DNA from: Botryllus schlosseri
Lineage: Eukaryota
NCBI GenBank assembly: GCA_051294905.1
Contig: CM119371.1
Span: 33,420,001-33,484,000 of the forward strand
Direction of reading: 5' to 3'
DNA length: 64,000 nucleotides
Shown here: positions 38,196-51,744 of the stretch, piece by piece
Layout of the letters: every line of letters begins with the position of its first letter
Numbering within the stretch: the stretch's first letter is position 1
The notes under the pieces: model-generated
Databases searched by the model: none
Told to the model about the DNA's origin: nothing
The model's input: only the letters and a program-made list of their open reading frames with translations
Program-made: the position numbers and the translations under genes

Positions 38196-39375
38196 GTCGG
38201 TCTTTTTGTTGAAATGATCGTAGGAGTTCCACAGAACACTTTTATTTATTACACTGAAGAAAATATATATGATTCCAAGTTCAACGTGTTTAACATACAT
38301 TTTTAACAGATTGACCTAGCACATGAAACTAACTCTCCCTGATACTCACCAGGGGAAATCGTCAGCAACCGAAAGAGAATTGGAAAGAACAATGTATCAC
38401 CAAATATGAGGTCACATGCATGAACTATCAAGGAATTGGGACGAAAAGACCGCTTAAGCGCAATGTACGGTTTTTAGATAAAAGACGAACTCCTTTTGCT
38501 GGCACTAACTAGCTTGGCGTATTTTGACGAACGTCGACTCATAGGCACACAGATTAATGCGTGACCGGCCTCTCGCGACAAGGGACGAATTCGACGAAAA
38601 AGCAGTATGATACCAATTGCCTAATTGCATATGATCTCACAAACATTAAAGAATTGGCATGTCAAAAAAACGGAGTTTAAATTTTGAACCTCAATGTCCC
38701 GCGTGTACGCTGGTGCAGACAATCACCACAACAGAGTCAATTCAACTACTGAAAAAGGCTCAATACGGTTACCCTATTTTCGTAGACAAAAATCTGCACG
38801 CTCACTATATATTGTCAATATGACGTCACACCAGCGATGCTTTGCCTAACCTTTACATTCCGGAGTCTATTTCTTAACACAGTGTCGTGAATTCATTAGG
38901 ACTAGGCTATTGGTCACCTCTTGTCAGAGCCCCAAAACGATCACCATATGGGCCGAACTCGATACACCAAATGTAGAGAATGATCACTGGCACCAGTATA
39001 ACCACCCAATTTCACTCTGGTAACCATATAACGAACAGTTCGGAGATATTGACACCTCATTTCTTAATGTTTTCGAATATACGGAGAGAAGTGCACTCGC
39101 GTATCTTTGTTACCTACTGACCATCTACAATCCTATATGGGTGTTACGTTCTCAGTCGCAGAAACGCTTGCCAGTTGCAAGAGTCACAACATCAATCTAC
39201 GGCGAAACTTTTCTTCATCAGCCGCCATCCTGTGGAACAAAACCGTTTTATTTACACGAGCGTTCGAACTACAGTAGTGTTTATTCTGCATTACAACTAT
39301 ATGCACTAGGGATGGCCTGGACCCCTGAGAGGTTCGGGTTCGTGTGAACACGCACCTTTTTGATAGGTTTTGTGT

Positions 39376-40959
39376 CAGTGCTTCTCAACCGGTGTGCCGC
39401 GGCACACTAGTGTGCCATTTACGTCTCGCAAGTGTGCCGCGAGCGATTCCTTTGAAATTCTGAAATGAGGCGCAGATCAATTCTAGGATATAGCAAACGA
39501 TCAACAATCTAAATCGAGCTTGTTGTGAAGTTCGTATATTTGATGAATCTAAAATTATATTATGCCCGCAATACGTTTCCCCAGCGTACTCGCATTACCC
39601 GACATATCGCGTGCCTTGAAGGCAGAGGTTAGTTTTGCACAATACGTAGTTTGACCGCAGAGAAGTGCAAACACGGCGGCGCCAGTATGACGATACAGTA
39701 ATACTCATTGTCTCCCCAATCACCAACGAGAAATGAACGATATAAGAAGTGACGTTGGCGCTTCAAAATTCGAATTACAAACATAACAATCCACATTTCG
39801 ATGCCGACACTTCGGGTAAAATGTAGGTTTGCAGCATAACGTTATGTTTCCGGCGACGAATATGACAATCGAGAAGTAAGGTTGATCCAGTCATATCAGT
39901 TACCGAACTTTCTGGCCTCGGTTACCAAAACGTTTAAAGTTTCGACTAGATCGCAGCAGGTCAGTTAAGTGGTAACGGAGGTGCAAGCTAAAAATCCAAA
40001 GCCTCAAACGGAAGCGGAAAAAGCTATTCTTCCGGCTTGCACGAGAATTGTGAAAAAATGTTTGCGCCCAAACTGCAGATTATTTGAAAACGATTCCCAT
40101 GTAAAATAATCCGATTCGAAGACTATTTGATTTGGGTCATGTCTAGAGATATTTGCATATTTCGTAGATATATCTGACCACTTAAACAAGACAAATTCCA
40201 GTACGCAGGCGAGAATGAAATCTCTTATCTGCAACAGATAAACTTAGAGAATTGCAAGAGAAATTCAAAGTGTGGTCATTCCGAGCAGGATCTTATTGTA
40301 GCACGTTCTCCAATTTCTCCGAACGAATAAAATCGAAATCGTGCCGTTAGTTGTTCAGCATCTCAAATGTTTGCATGCATAAATAAGCACTTATTTTCCA
40401 ACAATATAGTAACAGAAAACGATGCATGGGTAAGACGCTCATTTTTTCCGCAGGAAACCCATTTTACTTAAAATCTCAAAAATGAGGAAGAGCTGATTGA
40501 CATATGTAATGAAGTAGACATGAAGTTATGGTCCAATGAAATGTAATAAAATCCTGACGGATTATCATTACCTTGGAGAAAAGGCAACTGTGATTTTATT
40601 TCAATTTTCCAAGTCGTACCTGCGCGAGACGGGATATCCGTTCTGGTCAACATACAAACCAAAAAAAGAATGAAGTTACTGACTTTTGAAGCAGAGACAA
40701 GCGTGAGAGTAGCAATGTAAAATGTGTGTCCAGACATTGAAAGGATATGCGCTAGAAGTCAAGCGCAAATTTCGCACTGACTTTGTTTGTGATGAAATTC
40801 AATATATTGTTTTGTTTTCGCTAGAACTGTTCAATTTAATACAAAAACTGGATTGACTGCAGAGGTGGTCGCATTAGTCAAAGTTACTACTGAAGTGGGT
40901 GCTGCTAAGTATTCTAGTAGTTTGCAGGTGCCGTATGCCAAAAAAGTTCAGAACCACTG
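39376..40959 (+). mobile_element. Degenerate hAT (Buster/Charlie-like) transposon with transposase remnants
   Basis: Ends cagtgcttctcaacc / gttcagaaccactg with gtgtgccgc subterminal repeats. Remnants KPQTEAEKAILPACTRIVKK and IQTKKRMKLL...VRVAM*NVCPDIERICARSQAQISH* resemble ZBED5/Buster-type transposase. No TSD found. Confidence 0.75.
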
Positions 40960-41159
40960 TGCCGGTGTGCCGCGTAAAGTTTTTAATTTCCAAAGAGTGC
41001 CGCGAGTGCCACGAGTGCCACGAGTGCAGTGTGTACTATATGCAACACAGACTTGTATAAATTACTTAAAAAAAACGCAACTACAATTACAACTAGAACT
41101 ACTCAGAACCAAAACCAGACCAAGGAAAATTATTACACAACAGAATACAGAGCGAATGT

Positions 41160-41436
41160 GTGGTGAGATAGCGTAATGGTATAATCCACAGCTACAACAC
41201 AACTAGGTATGTGGGTTCGATTCCGATCGAGGTCGACTTCGGAATTCCTTCCTAAATGTTTGAGGTTTATCTGGGCTCCTCCTCGCCCTCTCATCCGCGT
41301 AACCAGGTGTCTTACTAAAAGCCTAGAAGTAGGCCGTGCTACAAGTCGGCAAATACGTAAACAAAAATAAGAAATATCGGCCTGGAGTAAATGATCATAG
41401 TAGTCGACAAACACCACGAATACCACAAACAACAAC
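41160..41436 (+). mobile_element. tRNA-derived SINE, near full length
   Basis: A box TAGCGTAATGG, B box GGTTCGATTCC, the shared body and a CAA/CAAA tail. Confidence 0.88.
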
Positions 41437-41554
41437 GTAGAGCAAAGCTTTGACTTAGCTCGCTCACGTATTTCATGCTGCTCATTCTCTGAAAAATAAT
41501 TTCCCATGTCTAGCGTAGGGGTTCCCAAGTCATTGAATGTTAATAACCGTACTG

Positions 41555-44500
41555 AAACGGATTTCATTTTACATGGCGACACATTGATTTTTATTTTATC
41601 AGAAATATCAGACATAGAATTGACATTTCCAAAATACGCGGTTTTGACTTTGAAATGGGGGAGCAGTGATGGCTCTGAGCTACCAGTGGCTGCATAAACA
41701 TCATTCAAATGAACACCGGTATCTCGAATCACGCATAACGACAACACGTGCATACTAATTGTTCGGCAACTATTATTTCTTCAAATCTAAATCCAGAACT
41801 AGAACTACTCACTTTTCAATATCTGCAATTACATATAGAACCACTCACTTTTCAAAATTAGAAACTAGAACTAGAACTAGAACTACTCAGTTTGAAAATA
41901 TGCAACTGTAAATAGGACTAGAACTACTTAAAACACCGTTAGTTATAGTTGAACGGCAACTATCTAAATGAGTAGTTTGGACAAGTCTGAATAAACAGTT
42001 CAACCATTACTTAACCCTAAAGTAATATAAAAAATTTGCATTTCAACAAATACGAATCCAGGCTTCATCGTAAATTAAATTCGAGAATATTTCATAGTCG
42101 AAATACTGGTACGCTGTGACCCTTCTTACGAGCGATGATATTGACATGATTTTTGATAAACAATGTTTTTTCAAATTCTCTAAGCTACTGAAGATTATCC
42201 TTGGTGCGTGTGCTATTATGTGCATGTTAATTTTGAAATATATCAGGCAAAATGGCCATGTTGCATCATAGTCCACGTACCAGGGTACAATTGGCACACT
42301 TTCTCGATTCCATAAACAAGATTCGATAATCGCAATCGCGCTACCTTCCCAATGTAAAATATACTGCATAGCAAGCTATCTGAAAAGCCGAGTTAGCTTG
42401 ACTATTGCTGACTATGAGCTTCCCATAATATTCTCGTTCACATATAGCCTGCCGATATCGTCACTAATACCGTTATTATACTACATGCACGGCGAACCAC
42501 TACGTGCAACCCGCGACGATGCCCGAAACAGACTGAAGCCGGATGTAATTAAATGCTAAACCATATGCACGAATCGCGTGTACGTGCTGCGCGTATATAG
42601 CTGTGGAAATGCTGATAAATCAATGGCCAGTTTCCTTAACACTGCTTCCTCGTAAACGCGATATACGAATGGCGATAATCCATTTACAAAGTGATATTTC
42701 CATATTGTGTTGAGCCTAAAACTGTTTAAACTTGCTTTTATTTCAAAGTATATAACCAGAGAATCATAATAAAATCATAGATGTCCTTGGGAATTTGTCC
42801 TGATTGCCTTTAAATTAACGCGGCGTACGGTATATAAATAAATTCATTACCAAAAACAGATAACCGCAGACTAATTTTCATAATCTTGAAATGTTCAGTA
42901 CATCAGTTTTGAGGGGTAGTAAAAATTGAGAATAGCCTACATATCAAGGCAATGGTGCAGCCGATAAATATTTTTGATATCGCGATCGGTTCATTACTTC
43001 GGTGAATTATGAAGCCTACGCATCTTAAGTAACTCGCCGTGTTAACTTGACATACTGAATAACATGATCCAACATGCACCCATTGGTTTCAGAGTTGATA
43101 GCCATCCGGAATAGTCTGTATTGGGTAAACGTAATGGTGCGCCAGAAAGACGGGTGGCTTTTTTTCAGACAGCCAGAGCAGGTTAATCGCGATTCGAAAC
43201 TGCTCTCCAGACAACGAAATCATCGTCGATATCCCCCTCCTAGGATCGGATATACATGCATTAGAGATCGAACTTGTTCTGGTCGGTATCCCCGGCCATA
43301 AGGGCATCCGCGTTAACGAAAAAGCTGATGAAATCGCAAAGGCGGGCAGCCGTGAGGCCTCTCCACGCGATGAAACCCTCCAACAAAAATTAACTGCGAA
43401 GGAAATGAAATCTCACATTTCCGTTAGATGTCGGGAAAAGTGGATCGATCACACGGAACGCAAATGAAGGCGACTCGCAATATAAAAATATTACTGGAGT
43501 TATCAGGGACTCTACACCAAAAGTGAATTTGTCTCGCAGAGAAGCCGGATTTCTAATTAGATTGTAGACTGGCCATTCTAGGCTGAACGGCCATCTCCCC
43601 AGAACGAAATATCACCAAAATGGCCTTTGTGATTTGTACGGGATCGGAGAAAACGTGGACCATTTCCTCCCTCGCTGCCCTAAGTATGACCGGGCCAGGA
43701 CGAATCTAATACAGACCGCAGAGCGGAATAAAGCATCATTAACGCCTAAGTCCCTGCTAGCAGATGAGCAGACAAAATGGACAGTCATCGAATTCACGAT
43801 AGCAAGTGGAAGGGCTGTGTGAAGAGTCATAAACCATTGGTATAGGCGTGAATAATCGCTAGTTATCGTGCTGGGGCAAAAAGCCAAGTAGCCAAGCCCC
43901 GTCCCCCAAATACCTTCTTACCTACCACCCATTAGTTACCAATTCTGCTGTATTAAAATGACTGTCATTTGTAATATAGCGCTTCAGATTCGTACTTTGC
44001 CGTACATACTCGAAACAGTGCAATAAATATCACTCATCGGCATCGGGCTACAATTATTGTCCACACAAAGAGGAATCAGTAGATAAAATCTTGTGCAAAT
44101 GATTGTTGAGCCGACAATAGCCTGATCTCAAACGAAACTGTCATCGAAAAACTCAAATAACTCCGCTTCTACGGCTTGGAATTGAGTCAAATTTGTTTTG
44201 CATCGTTTTTGAAGACAGCGCAATAATTGTATGGGGTTGGAAGAAAAATTTGAAAAAAAATTTTTTTGCATTCATAGTTAAATTTAAAATTTTCAAAGTC
44301 TACGAAATCCGCGAATATTGGTTGGATTGGAATGAATTCAAAGTTGGTGTGCGTCGTTTTTTAAGGCAACCTAACCATTTAATCACGTATCCCCCAAGAT
44401 TCTGGAAAAAAGGTTATTTTTGAACAGCCCTAATGTACAATGTACATCAGAGTTGAGACTTTGGCATGACAGCAACAATGGCCTACTTATCACGACCATA

Positions 44501-47440
44501 TCAAAACCAGTATTAGGCTACACCACGCAAATGCTCTGATCTCAGATCAATCTTCAGTAGATTTTAAAATAATCCAGAATAAATTGTTGCACGCCAAAGG
44601 CCATCATAGCTGCAATATTATAACCCGACTGTTTGACGATATCATGATGTCTATAACTCATTATTTTAACGAGCCCGGCAAAAAACAATTTTTTGATAAT
44701 TTGATTTTTTTTCGTGTCAAGCGCGAATAAGTAAATTTCACTTTCACAATGTTTGTGGAAAGCCTGTCTGCAAGCTTCCGTCTAATAAGGCGTACGTGGA
44801 AATGATACATTGAATATCCCTAATATTGATGCTGCGGCCCGCGACGTGATCAAAAACTAGGAAAATGGCCCTCGAACACAATTAAATTTGAGACCTCTGA
44901 TGTACATCGTGCATAGAATTGTCTCAATGAGTTTATATCATCGCATGTAATGGTAAGGTATATTTGAAAGCCAATATCGTTATCCGGAAACTTCTTTATG
45001 CCTATCTTATAACAAAAATTTGAGTGGAAAATTCCATCATGCACCGCCGGCGACTTCCACACCATATCAGAGTCTGCGAAAAGTAGCCGCTGATATACGA
45101 AATCTGATGCAAGGGGTACTCAAACTCGTTCAGCATCAGAACGTAGATACGCAGGAAAGAGACAGTACAACGCGTTATCAAGTTGAATAATAATAGTACC
45201 ATAAGATGCATGCATATGTTTGTCCACTGGTCTTTGTAAATACAAATCTTGAACATTTTTACAGTCAATTTAAATAAACATGCATGCTTATTGAATTGAA
45301 ATGTAGTAAAGGCGCTTTGTGGCAGTAACGTATCAGTCTACGTTTATGAATGCGGAAATTATCGAAAGTTGGTCTGATACAATATTTAATTCACTACAGC
45401 AAAGTTATTGTCAAGCTTCGATTAGGGGTGAGTCGTGAGTGATGTAGGTTTTTACAAGTGCGTCGCAACTACAAAAGTTAGGGATCCACTGCAGTTGAAT
45501 TTCCAGTTTAGTTCATGTGAATTATTTCTCGTCAAGACAATTACCAATTAAAGTTTTCATCCATACTTATCCGGATTTCCTCCGCACAAACTTTGTCATT
45601 CGCACTGCAATTTTTTTCATTCGTACAAGTGCGTACCATCGCACCGTAGGGTGAGCAGCACAGTATCAGAGTATATTACTGCAGACCAGAACTGTTCACA
45701 CAGCGAGCGACGCATCGTAATACCCGAGAGGATTTAGGTTACAACCAAATATACATGAGTATCAAAACATTAGCTCGAACGTACCCACGAAACCAGAACA
45801 CTTTCAAAATGAGTTATCAACGCTCATACTGGGAGACCTATGATTAGCTATCAAGATTACGGAATATCCCAAAGACTACACGCCGTGTGCAATATGTGCA
45901 ATCTATACAACACGGACTTCTACAACTTTGTTTGATTTTCAAAACGAGCAACTAGAATTAGAACTAAAACTTCTCAAACTTTAAAACTCGCAACTAGAAC
46001 TAATTCTAGAACAAGTCACTTTTAATATCCCGAAACTCCAACTCTAACTAGAAGTAGCGACCTTTAAAAATTAATCCACCGCAGAAAATCGAACAAACTT
46101 TATCCCGCAAACGTATTTTCTGCTTCTCGTGAACTGGATTTCATTTTTTCAAGGAACACATTGATTTTTATTTTATCAAAAATATCTGACATAGAATCGA
46201 CATTTCATAAAGACGCGGCTTCGAGTTTTCAATGGGCCACGCTTCGAGCCCCAAAACCATCCAGCTGGCTACGCCGTTGTTAGCAGTGATGGCTCTTAGC
46301 TACCAATGGCTGCACAAACATCATTCAACAGAACACCGGTTTCTCGACTCAAGAGAAACGACAACCTGTGCCTTCTAGTTGTTCGGAAACTAATATTTCT
46401 TATCAGATATGATACTAGAACTAGAACTACTCGCTTTTCAATATCCGCAACTACGACTTGAACTAACCACTTTTCAAAATACGCTACTGGAGCCAGAAGT
46501 GGAACTACTGAATTTTCATAATTTGCAACCTAGAAGTAGAACTAGAACTATTAAAGCACCGTTTGTTAGTTGATTGTCAGCTAACAAAATGATTAGATCG
46601 TACAAGTTTAATAAAACAGTTAAACAATGACCCAAGTAATATAAGAATTGCGTTTCGACAAATACGAAACCAGGCTGTATCGTATCTTATATTCGAGTGG
46701 ATTTCATAGTCGAAATAATAGTACGCTCTAATCTTTTTCGCTGTGGACAACTGATATTGACAGGATTTGTATATACATTATATAATGTTACTTCCAATTT
46801 TCTACTAGTTACTGAAGATTATCCCTGGCGCGTGTACTATTAAGTTCCATATTTTAAGTGTATGGTAATTTTAGAATACATCAGGCCGAATAGGCATGTT
46901 GCATCCTACGTATCAGGGTTCAAATAGCACATTATATCGATTCCATAGCAACATTCTATAATCGTGATAGCGCTATTTTTCCATTCCAAACTTACCACAC
47001 ACCAAACTAACTGGAAGGCTGAATTAACCTGACTAGTATACTGACTATGAGTTTCCACAATAATCGCGTACCGATATCGCTGCTATTACCGTCAATAAAC
47101 CACACACGTCATGGGCTTTTGCATCGATTTTGGAAATGTTGCGGCGAGGCATGAAACAGACTGAAGCCGGATGTAATATTATGTAAAAATCGATGCTTGA
47201 ATCGTGTGATCGCGCTGCGCGTATATAATTATGGAAACGCTGATAAAAAAAATGGCCAGACCAGGTTCCAGAACACTGCATGATCGTAAACGCGATATAC
47301 GTGTGACGATAAACCATTTTCAAAATTATATTTTTATGTTGTGTTGTGTCTACAACTGTTTGAACTTACTTTTCCCCTAAAGTATATCACCAGAGAATCA
47401 TATTTAAATCATAAATCTTCTCGATAATAATTCCTGATTG
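41555..47440. repeat. Dispersed/locally duplicated unclassified repeat with (CTAGAA)n-rich core: copies at ~41555-42810 and ~46135-47440, partial relatives at ~26690-27150 (reverse) and ~48500-49150
   Basis: Colinear shared blocks, e.g. acacattgatttttattttatca, agcagtgatggctct.agctacca.tggctgca, atttcatagtcgaaata and aaacagactgaagccggatgtaat. Confidence 0.75.
43074..43900 (+). mobile_element. 3' fragment of an RNase H-containing LINE (I-group-like)
   Basis: PGHKGIRVNEKADEIAKAG is the RNase H C-terminal motif, followed by IRL*TGHSRLNGHL...CDLYGIGENVDHFLPRCPKY. Confidence 0.82.
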
Positions 47441-47449
47441 ACTCCAAAT

Positions 47450-47936
47450 CAGTAGTTCCCAACCTTTTTGTTTTCATTTCCCACTTCATATTTATTCCGA
47501 GTCTTCATTTCCCACTACCCAAAAATATCGCCGTATTTCATTTTAACTTTTGTCATTACGAAGCAGCTATTTGCTTGCTTGAGTACACAAGACACACAAC
47601 CTTGCCAGTACGCAAGACTATCGCATATAACTGCAACATAAAACGTATTGCGAACCGATAGCGGTCACCCTCAATATTTTGTGAAAGCATTATCTCATGT
47701 CATACTGGTCGTGCTGGATGCGTTTGTGACGCCATGATTGGTTATCATGAGTTAAATTAGTTTTTGTGAACCACACGAATATAATTTTCGCTTCATACAT
47801 TCCAGAACAGTTAACTGGTAACGGTAATCGCGCAAGTGTATCCGTTAATATGTAGACAGTCTTGTTTATAATGTTTAAAAAATGCGTCCATTCCCAACCA
47901 GAAACCATTGAATTCCCCACCGGTTGGGAGCCACTG
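47450..47936. mobile_element. hAT-type MITE
   Basis: TIRs cagtagttcccaacc / ggttgggagccactg and TSD ctccaaat/ctctaaat. Confidence 0.82.
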
Positions 47937-49710
47937 CTCTAAATTAGCATTGCAAGCGGTATATACGCGCTTCTTGAAAATGCAATTCAAGCCAAGCCAA
48001 TTTCAAAGGGATATTTGTTCAATTTTCATCGTGCCTAGAATTGTATCGGAGATGGTATTATTGTTAGTGACAACTGATGTTCATGTGACACGAGTCATGG
48101 CTTGACTCTAGCAACCTTTTCTGAATAACCTGACTCGGGACACTGCAATAAAAGGATTTGACTTGACTCGACTGCATATTATTGGATGATTCATGAGTTG
48201 GGCACAAATATTCCAGTCATCGTTGAAGTTATTAACCGTTCTGCCTCGTAACACCTCTTGAACAATATTTCTACTATAGTCCTTTATTTACTGGATTCGG
48301 ATATCAATTATGTTTCGGATGTGGTAAGTCCAATTTCTGAGAATCCGAATCCACCCGACAGCTCGAGTCTCTGAGGAACTATACGTCCATATCCAAACAA
48401 TCTAAACCAAAATCCCCGAAAATCGGAAGAATGACGTCCAGCTTCAAGACTGGGCTTTTGATTACGTAATAATCATAGTACGACAATATCAGTTCACTGC
48501 GGCTTGTGCGAGCTACAATTAGTGGTGCGTTAAGTTAAACAAGTTTTTACAATTGCGTTTCAACTACAACAGTTACACTGCCTTGAATTTCCAATTAGGT
48601 TTATTTGAATCATTCCAAGTCAAAAAAATTGACAATTATTCACGATTTTCATTCTTACTCATCCGGATTTTTCATTCGCGCCATTCGCACCACCATTCGC
48701 ACTGCAATTATATTTCATTCGCCCATTTGCGAACCGTCGCGCAGGTTGAAAAGCACTGCATTATACACTACACGCATGTCAAGCTTTAGCATCGATTTTG
48801 CAAGTGCCGCGGCGACGAATAAAACAGACTGACGGCGGATGTAATAAAATGTAAAAGCCATATATGAATTGCGCCAGCACTTGGAAATGCTGGCCAGACC
48901 AATTTCCTGAACAGCGTGTACTCGACGATAAACAATTTTCGAAGTGATATTTCTACATTGCGTTATGCCTACAACTTTTTGAGGTTACTTTTATCCCACA
49001 GATTATAACCAGAGAAGCATATTAAAATCAAAGATGTCTTCGGGAATCCGCCCTGATTGCCTTTAAATTATCATCGCTAACGGTATATACGCGCTACCCG
49101 TAAATGCAATTCAAGAAATAAGCTAATTTCAATGTGATATTTGTATGTACAATGTATATCAGGGGCGACCAACCTTTTCGCCGAAAGACCACGTAGGATT
49201 TCCGAACCATTGCGCGGGCCACCTGAATGTTGATGACCCTTTTTAGTCGTCCGACAGGACCGAACCGGATTAGGTAACTAATCAAAACGCATCAAAATCG
49301 ATATCAATTACGTCATAAAAAGTCAGTATGTATTTAAGTCATAACAGTATGTATTTAAGTTAATGAACGAATTCGGTCAATATTAACGTCACTTTCATAT
49401 ATTGCGGGTCACCTCTGTATGCCGCTCGGCTCAATTGGGAAAGAGAGGGCTACTCGAAAATATCGAAGATTCCGGCGTAGATGCGTCAATAACTCTTTGC
49501 AATGCTTTCAGACGATCTTTCTGTAAGCGCGCATGCAAAGTGGGATGTTGGACGACACGTTTGTTTGTTTGTTTTGGGGTATTCATGGTGTTTGTCGACT
49601 ACTATGGTCATTTACACCAGGCCGATATTCTTCTTATTTTCCGTAACTGCCGACTTATAGCACGGCCCACCAGTAGTTATTATGATCGCTCGTGGTGTGC
49701 CTGGGGCGCT

Positions 49711-50080
49711 TATGGCGGGGTGGCGAGCTAACGAGAAACCGGGGGTGGCGAACTAACGTTTTCGTCTTATGGCGGGGTGGCGAACTAACGTTTTCGTCTT
49801 ATGGCGGGGTGGCGAACTAACGTTAGTAGTATATATGATCGCTCGTGACTTGGTGTTTTTAACATGGGGTAGTATAGGGCCCGCTGGTGAGGTGCCTGAA
49901 AACCCGGGGTGATGACCCCACCCTTTTGACCCCCCCTTCCGCTGGTGAGGTGCCATGTGTTCTTATGGGTGCGGCGATGACCTGCCATGGCTTGTTTGGT
50001 AGTGAACTAACGTTGTGGATATAGGCTGCGGCGATGACCTGCCATAGCTTGTTTGGTAGTGAACTAACGTTGTGGATATA
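49711..50080. repeat. Subterminal repeats of the left arm: 32-bp GGCGGGGTGGCGAACTAACG units and 57-bp units (mirrored at ~62893-63322)
   Basis: 32-bp period (49771, 49803). The 57-bp unit occurs twice in the left arm and three times in the right. Confidence 0.9.
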
Positions 50081-50254
50081 GACCGTGGCGTCTTTTCGCA
50101 CTGTGCCTATTGATTCCTACGTAACCTGAATATCACGCCGACTTTCAGATCGGATTATTCGCACCTTCCATACCGCTGTTTCGCGCCTACAGAATAGTCT
50201 GCTGTTCACATTCGCAACAAGAATCACAAGTATACACATTTACACATTCGTTTA

Positions 50255-50800
50255 TTACTCTGAAATCAAACTCTTCACAAAAGCACGTACAATCGTATCA
50301 TTCACTTTTTTATCATCGCCAAAATTATCCAAGTATTCCTCGGCGGAAAACCCTTGAGCTCTTTTTATCAAGAATGCGATAGCATGATCTCCACACACAT
50401 CCGAATTTTTACTCTGTAGGTGTTTCCCAGTCACAGAAAATTCATCCGGCTCCAGGAATTCGATTATCTGAGGTTTTAGCGGTCCGAAACCTAGCGAATC
50501 ATGAAAATGAGTATCGTCATCTCTGTACACCCAGTGAGACCGAGGCAAACTCGACTCGTCGTAATTAATGGTGATAGCGAATTTTCCGCTAATTGGTTTA
50601 TTTGGTAACTGGTCTATCGGATAAGTCCCTAGATATAGACTTTGTGTGTCAGGGTGGTTATAGAGAATATCATTAATCTCAGACAGAGCCGGCGTAGACG
50701 GCGATTCCAATACCAACAACATGCTAACACTCCAAATAGGTGTGAAATAGTTTGCAAAACCCCGCAATCGCTGACAACATAATGTCTCGGTCATACCCAT
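50255..50800 (-). CDS. Adenain-like (Polinton-type) cysteine protease, left-arm copy
   Basis: YLGTYPIDQLP, ITINYDES..PRSHWV, FHDSLG and HLQSKNSDVCG place His, Asp, Gln and Cys in adenain order. The stop overlaps AATAAA. The real start is probably downstream of the track ATG. Confidence 0.88.
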   Translation of the reverse strand: MGMTETLCCQRLRGFANYFTPIWSVSMLLVLESPSTPALSEINDILYNHPDTQSLYLGTYPIDQLPNKPISGKFAITINYDESSLPRSHWVYRDDDTHFHDSLGFGPLKPQIIEFLEPDEFSVTGKHLQSKNSDVCGDHAIAFLIKRAQGFSAEEYLDNFGDDKKVNDTIVRAFVKSLISE

Positions 50801-51494
50801 CTTTTGCGACTTGGCGCTACAGGCATCGATCGCTCAAACGTTGAAATTTTCGTAAGCAGTTTGTCACAGAACTTGATTTTACTCGTAAGATTTAATAAGT
50901 AACGAATATTAGACCGTCAGTGTCGGTAACTTGAATAACGATAAATTGTCACTTATTTCTGCTCTAACCCTAATCCTTTGTGAAGTGAACGCTTATTCAA
51001 AAAGGTGTGAAATAATTTTCAAATCCTACGACCGCTCACAGGGTAATGCTTCAGACATAGTAATCGCTTACAAGGTAATATTTCCGCAATAAGTTTGTCA
51101 CAGAGACGGTGATTCGAAAACCAACAATTTGGCACTTGTCCGTGATCGCTATATGTTTTGACACTTCGGAACAGTGGTTGACTTTAGTTGCGTGAAACAA
51201 ATCATGCGAATATTCAAGCAATGTGTCAATTTGTCAACTTGAAATGAAACTCACTACACAGCTCAAGTTGATTCGTATTTGAATGTTTTGATCCGGTACA
51301 AGCCTAATCCTTTGAGAAATCCATTTATCGCGATCAGTTGATTCGACTGTAACCTGAATATTACCGTCGCCGACTTTCAGCCACATTGAATTATTCGCAC
51401 ATTCCGCGCCGCTGTTTCACGCCTATAGAATCAATACCAAGTAACTAAACAAGAATCAAGAATCACAAGTATGCACATACAATAATTGTATTTA

Positions 51495-51744
51495 TTACTG
51501 AGAAATCAAACGCCTAACAAAAACACGCAACTTAGCATTTGCCAACTCTAGCATTACCAAAAAATCTAGGTATTGTTGATTGAAAACCCTTGAGTCCTTA
51601 TTATCAAAAATGTTATAGGGTGGCGTCGGAATCCATTCGCGAGATGTTCTATAGGTAAATTGAGGTAATCCAAAATGAAATATCTCGACTTTGACATAGT
51701 CTAAATTGAAATAGATTGACAAACATGACTACCAACTTTCCCGC
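51495..51744 (-). pseudogene. Decayed paralogue of the adenain-like protease, left arm
   Basis: Mirror image of 61230-61479. Confidence 0.75.
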
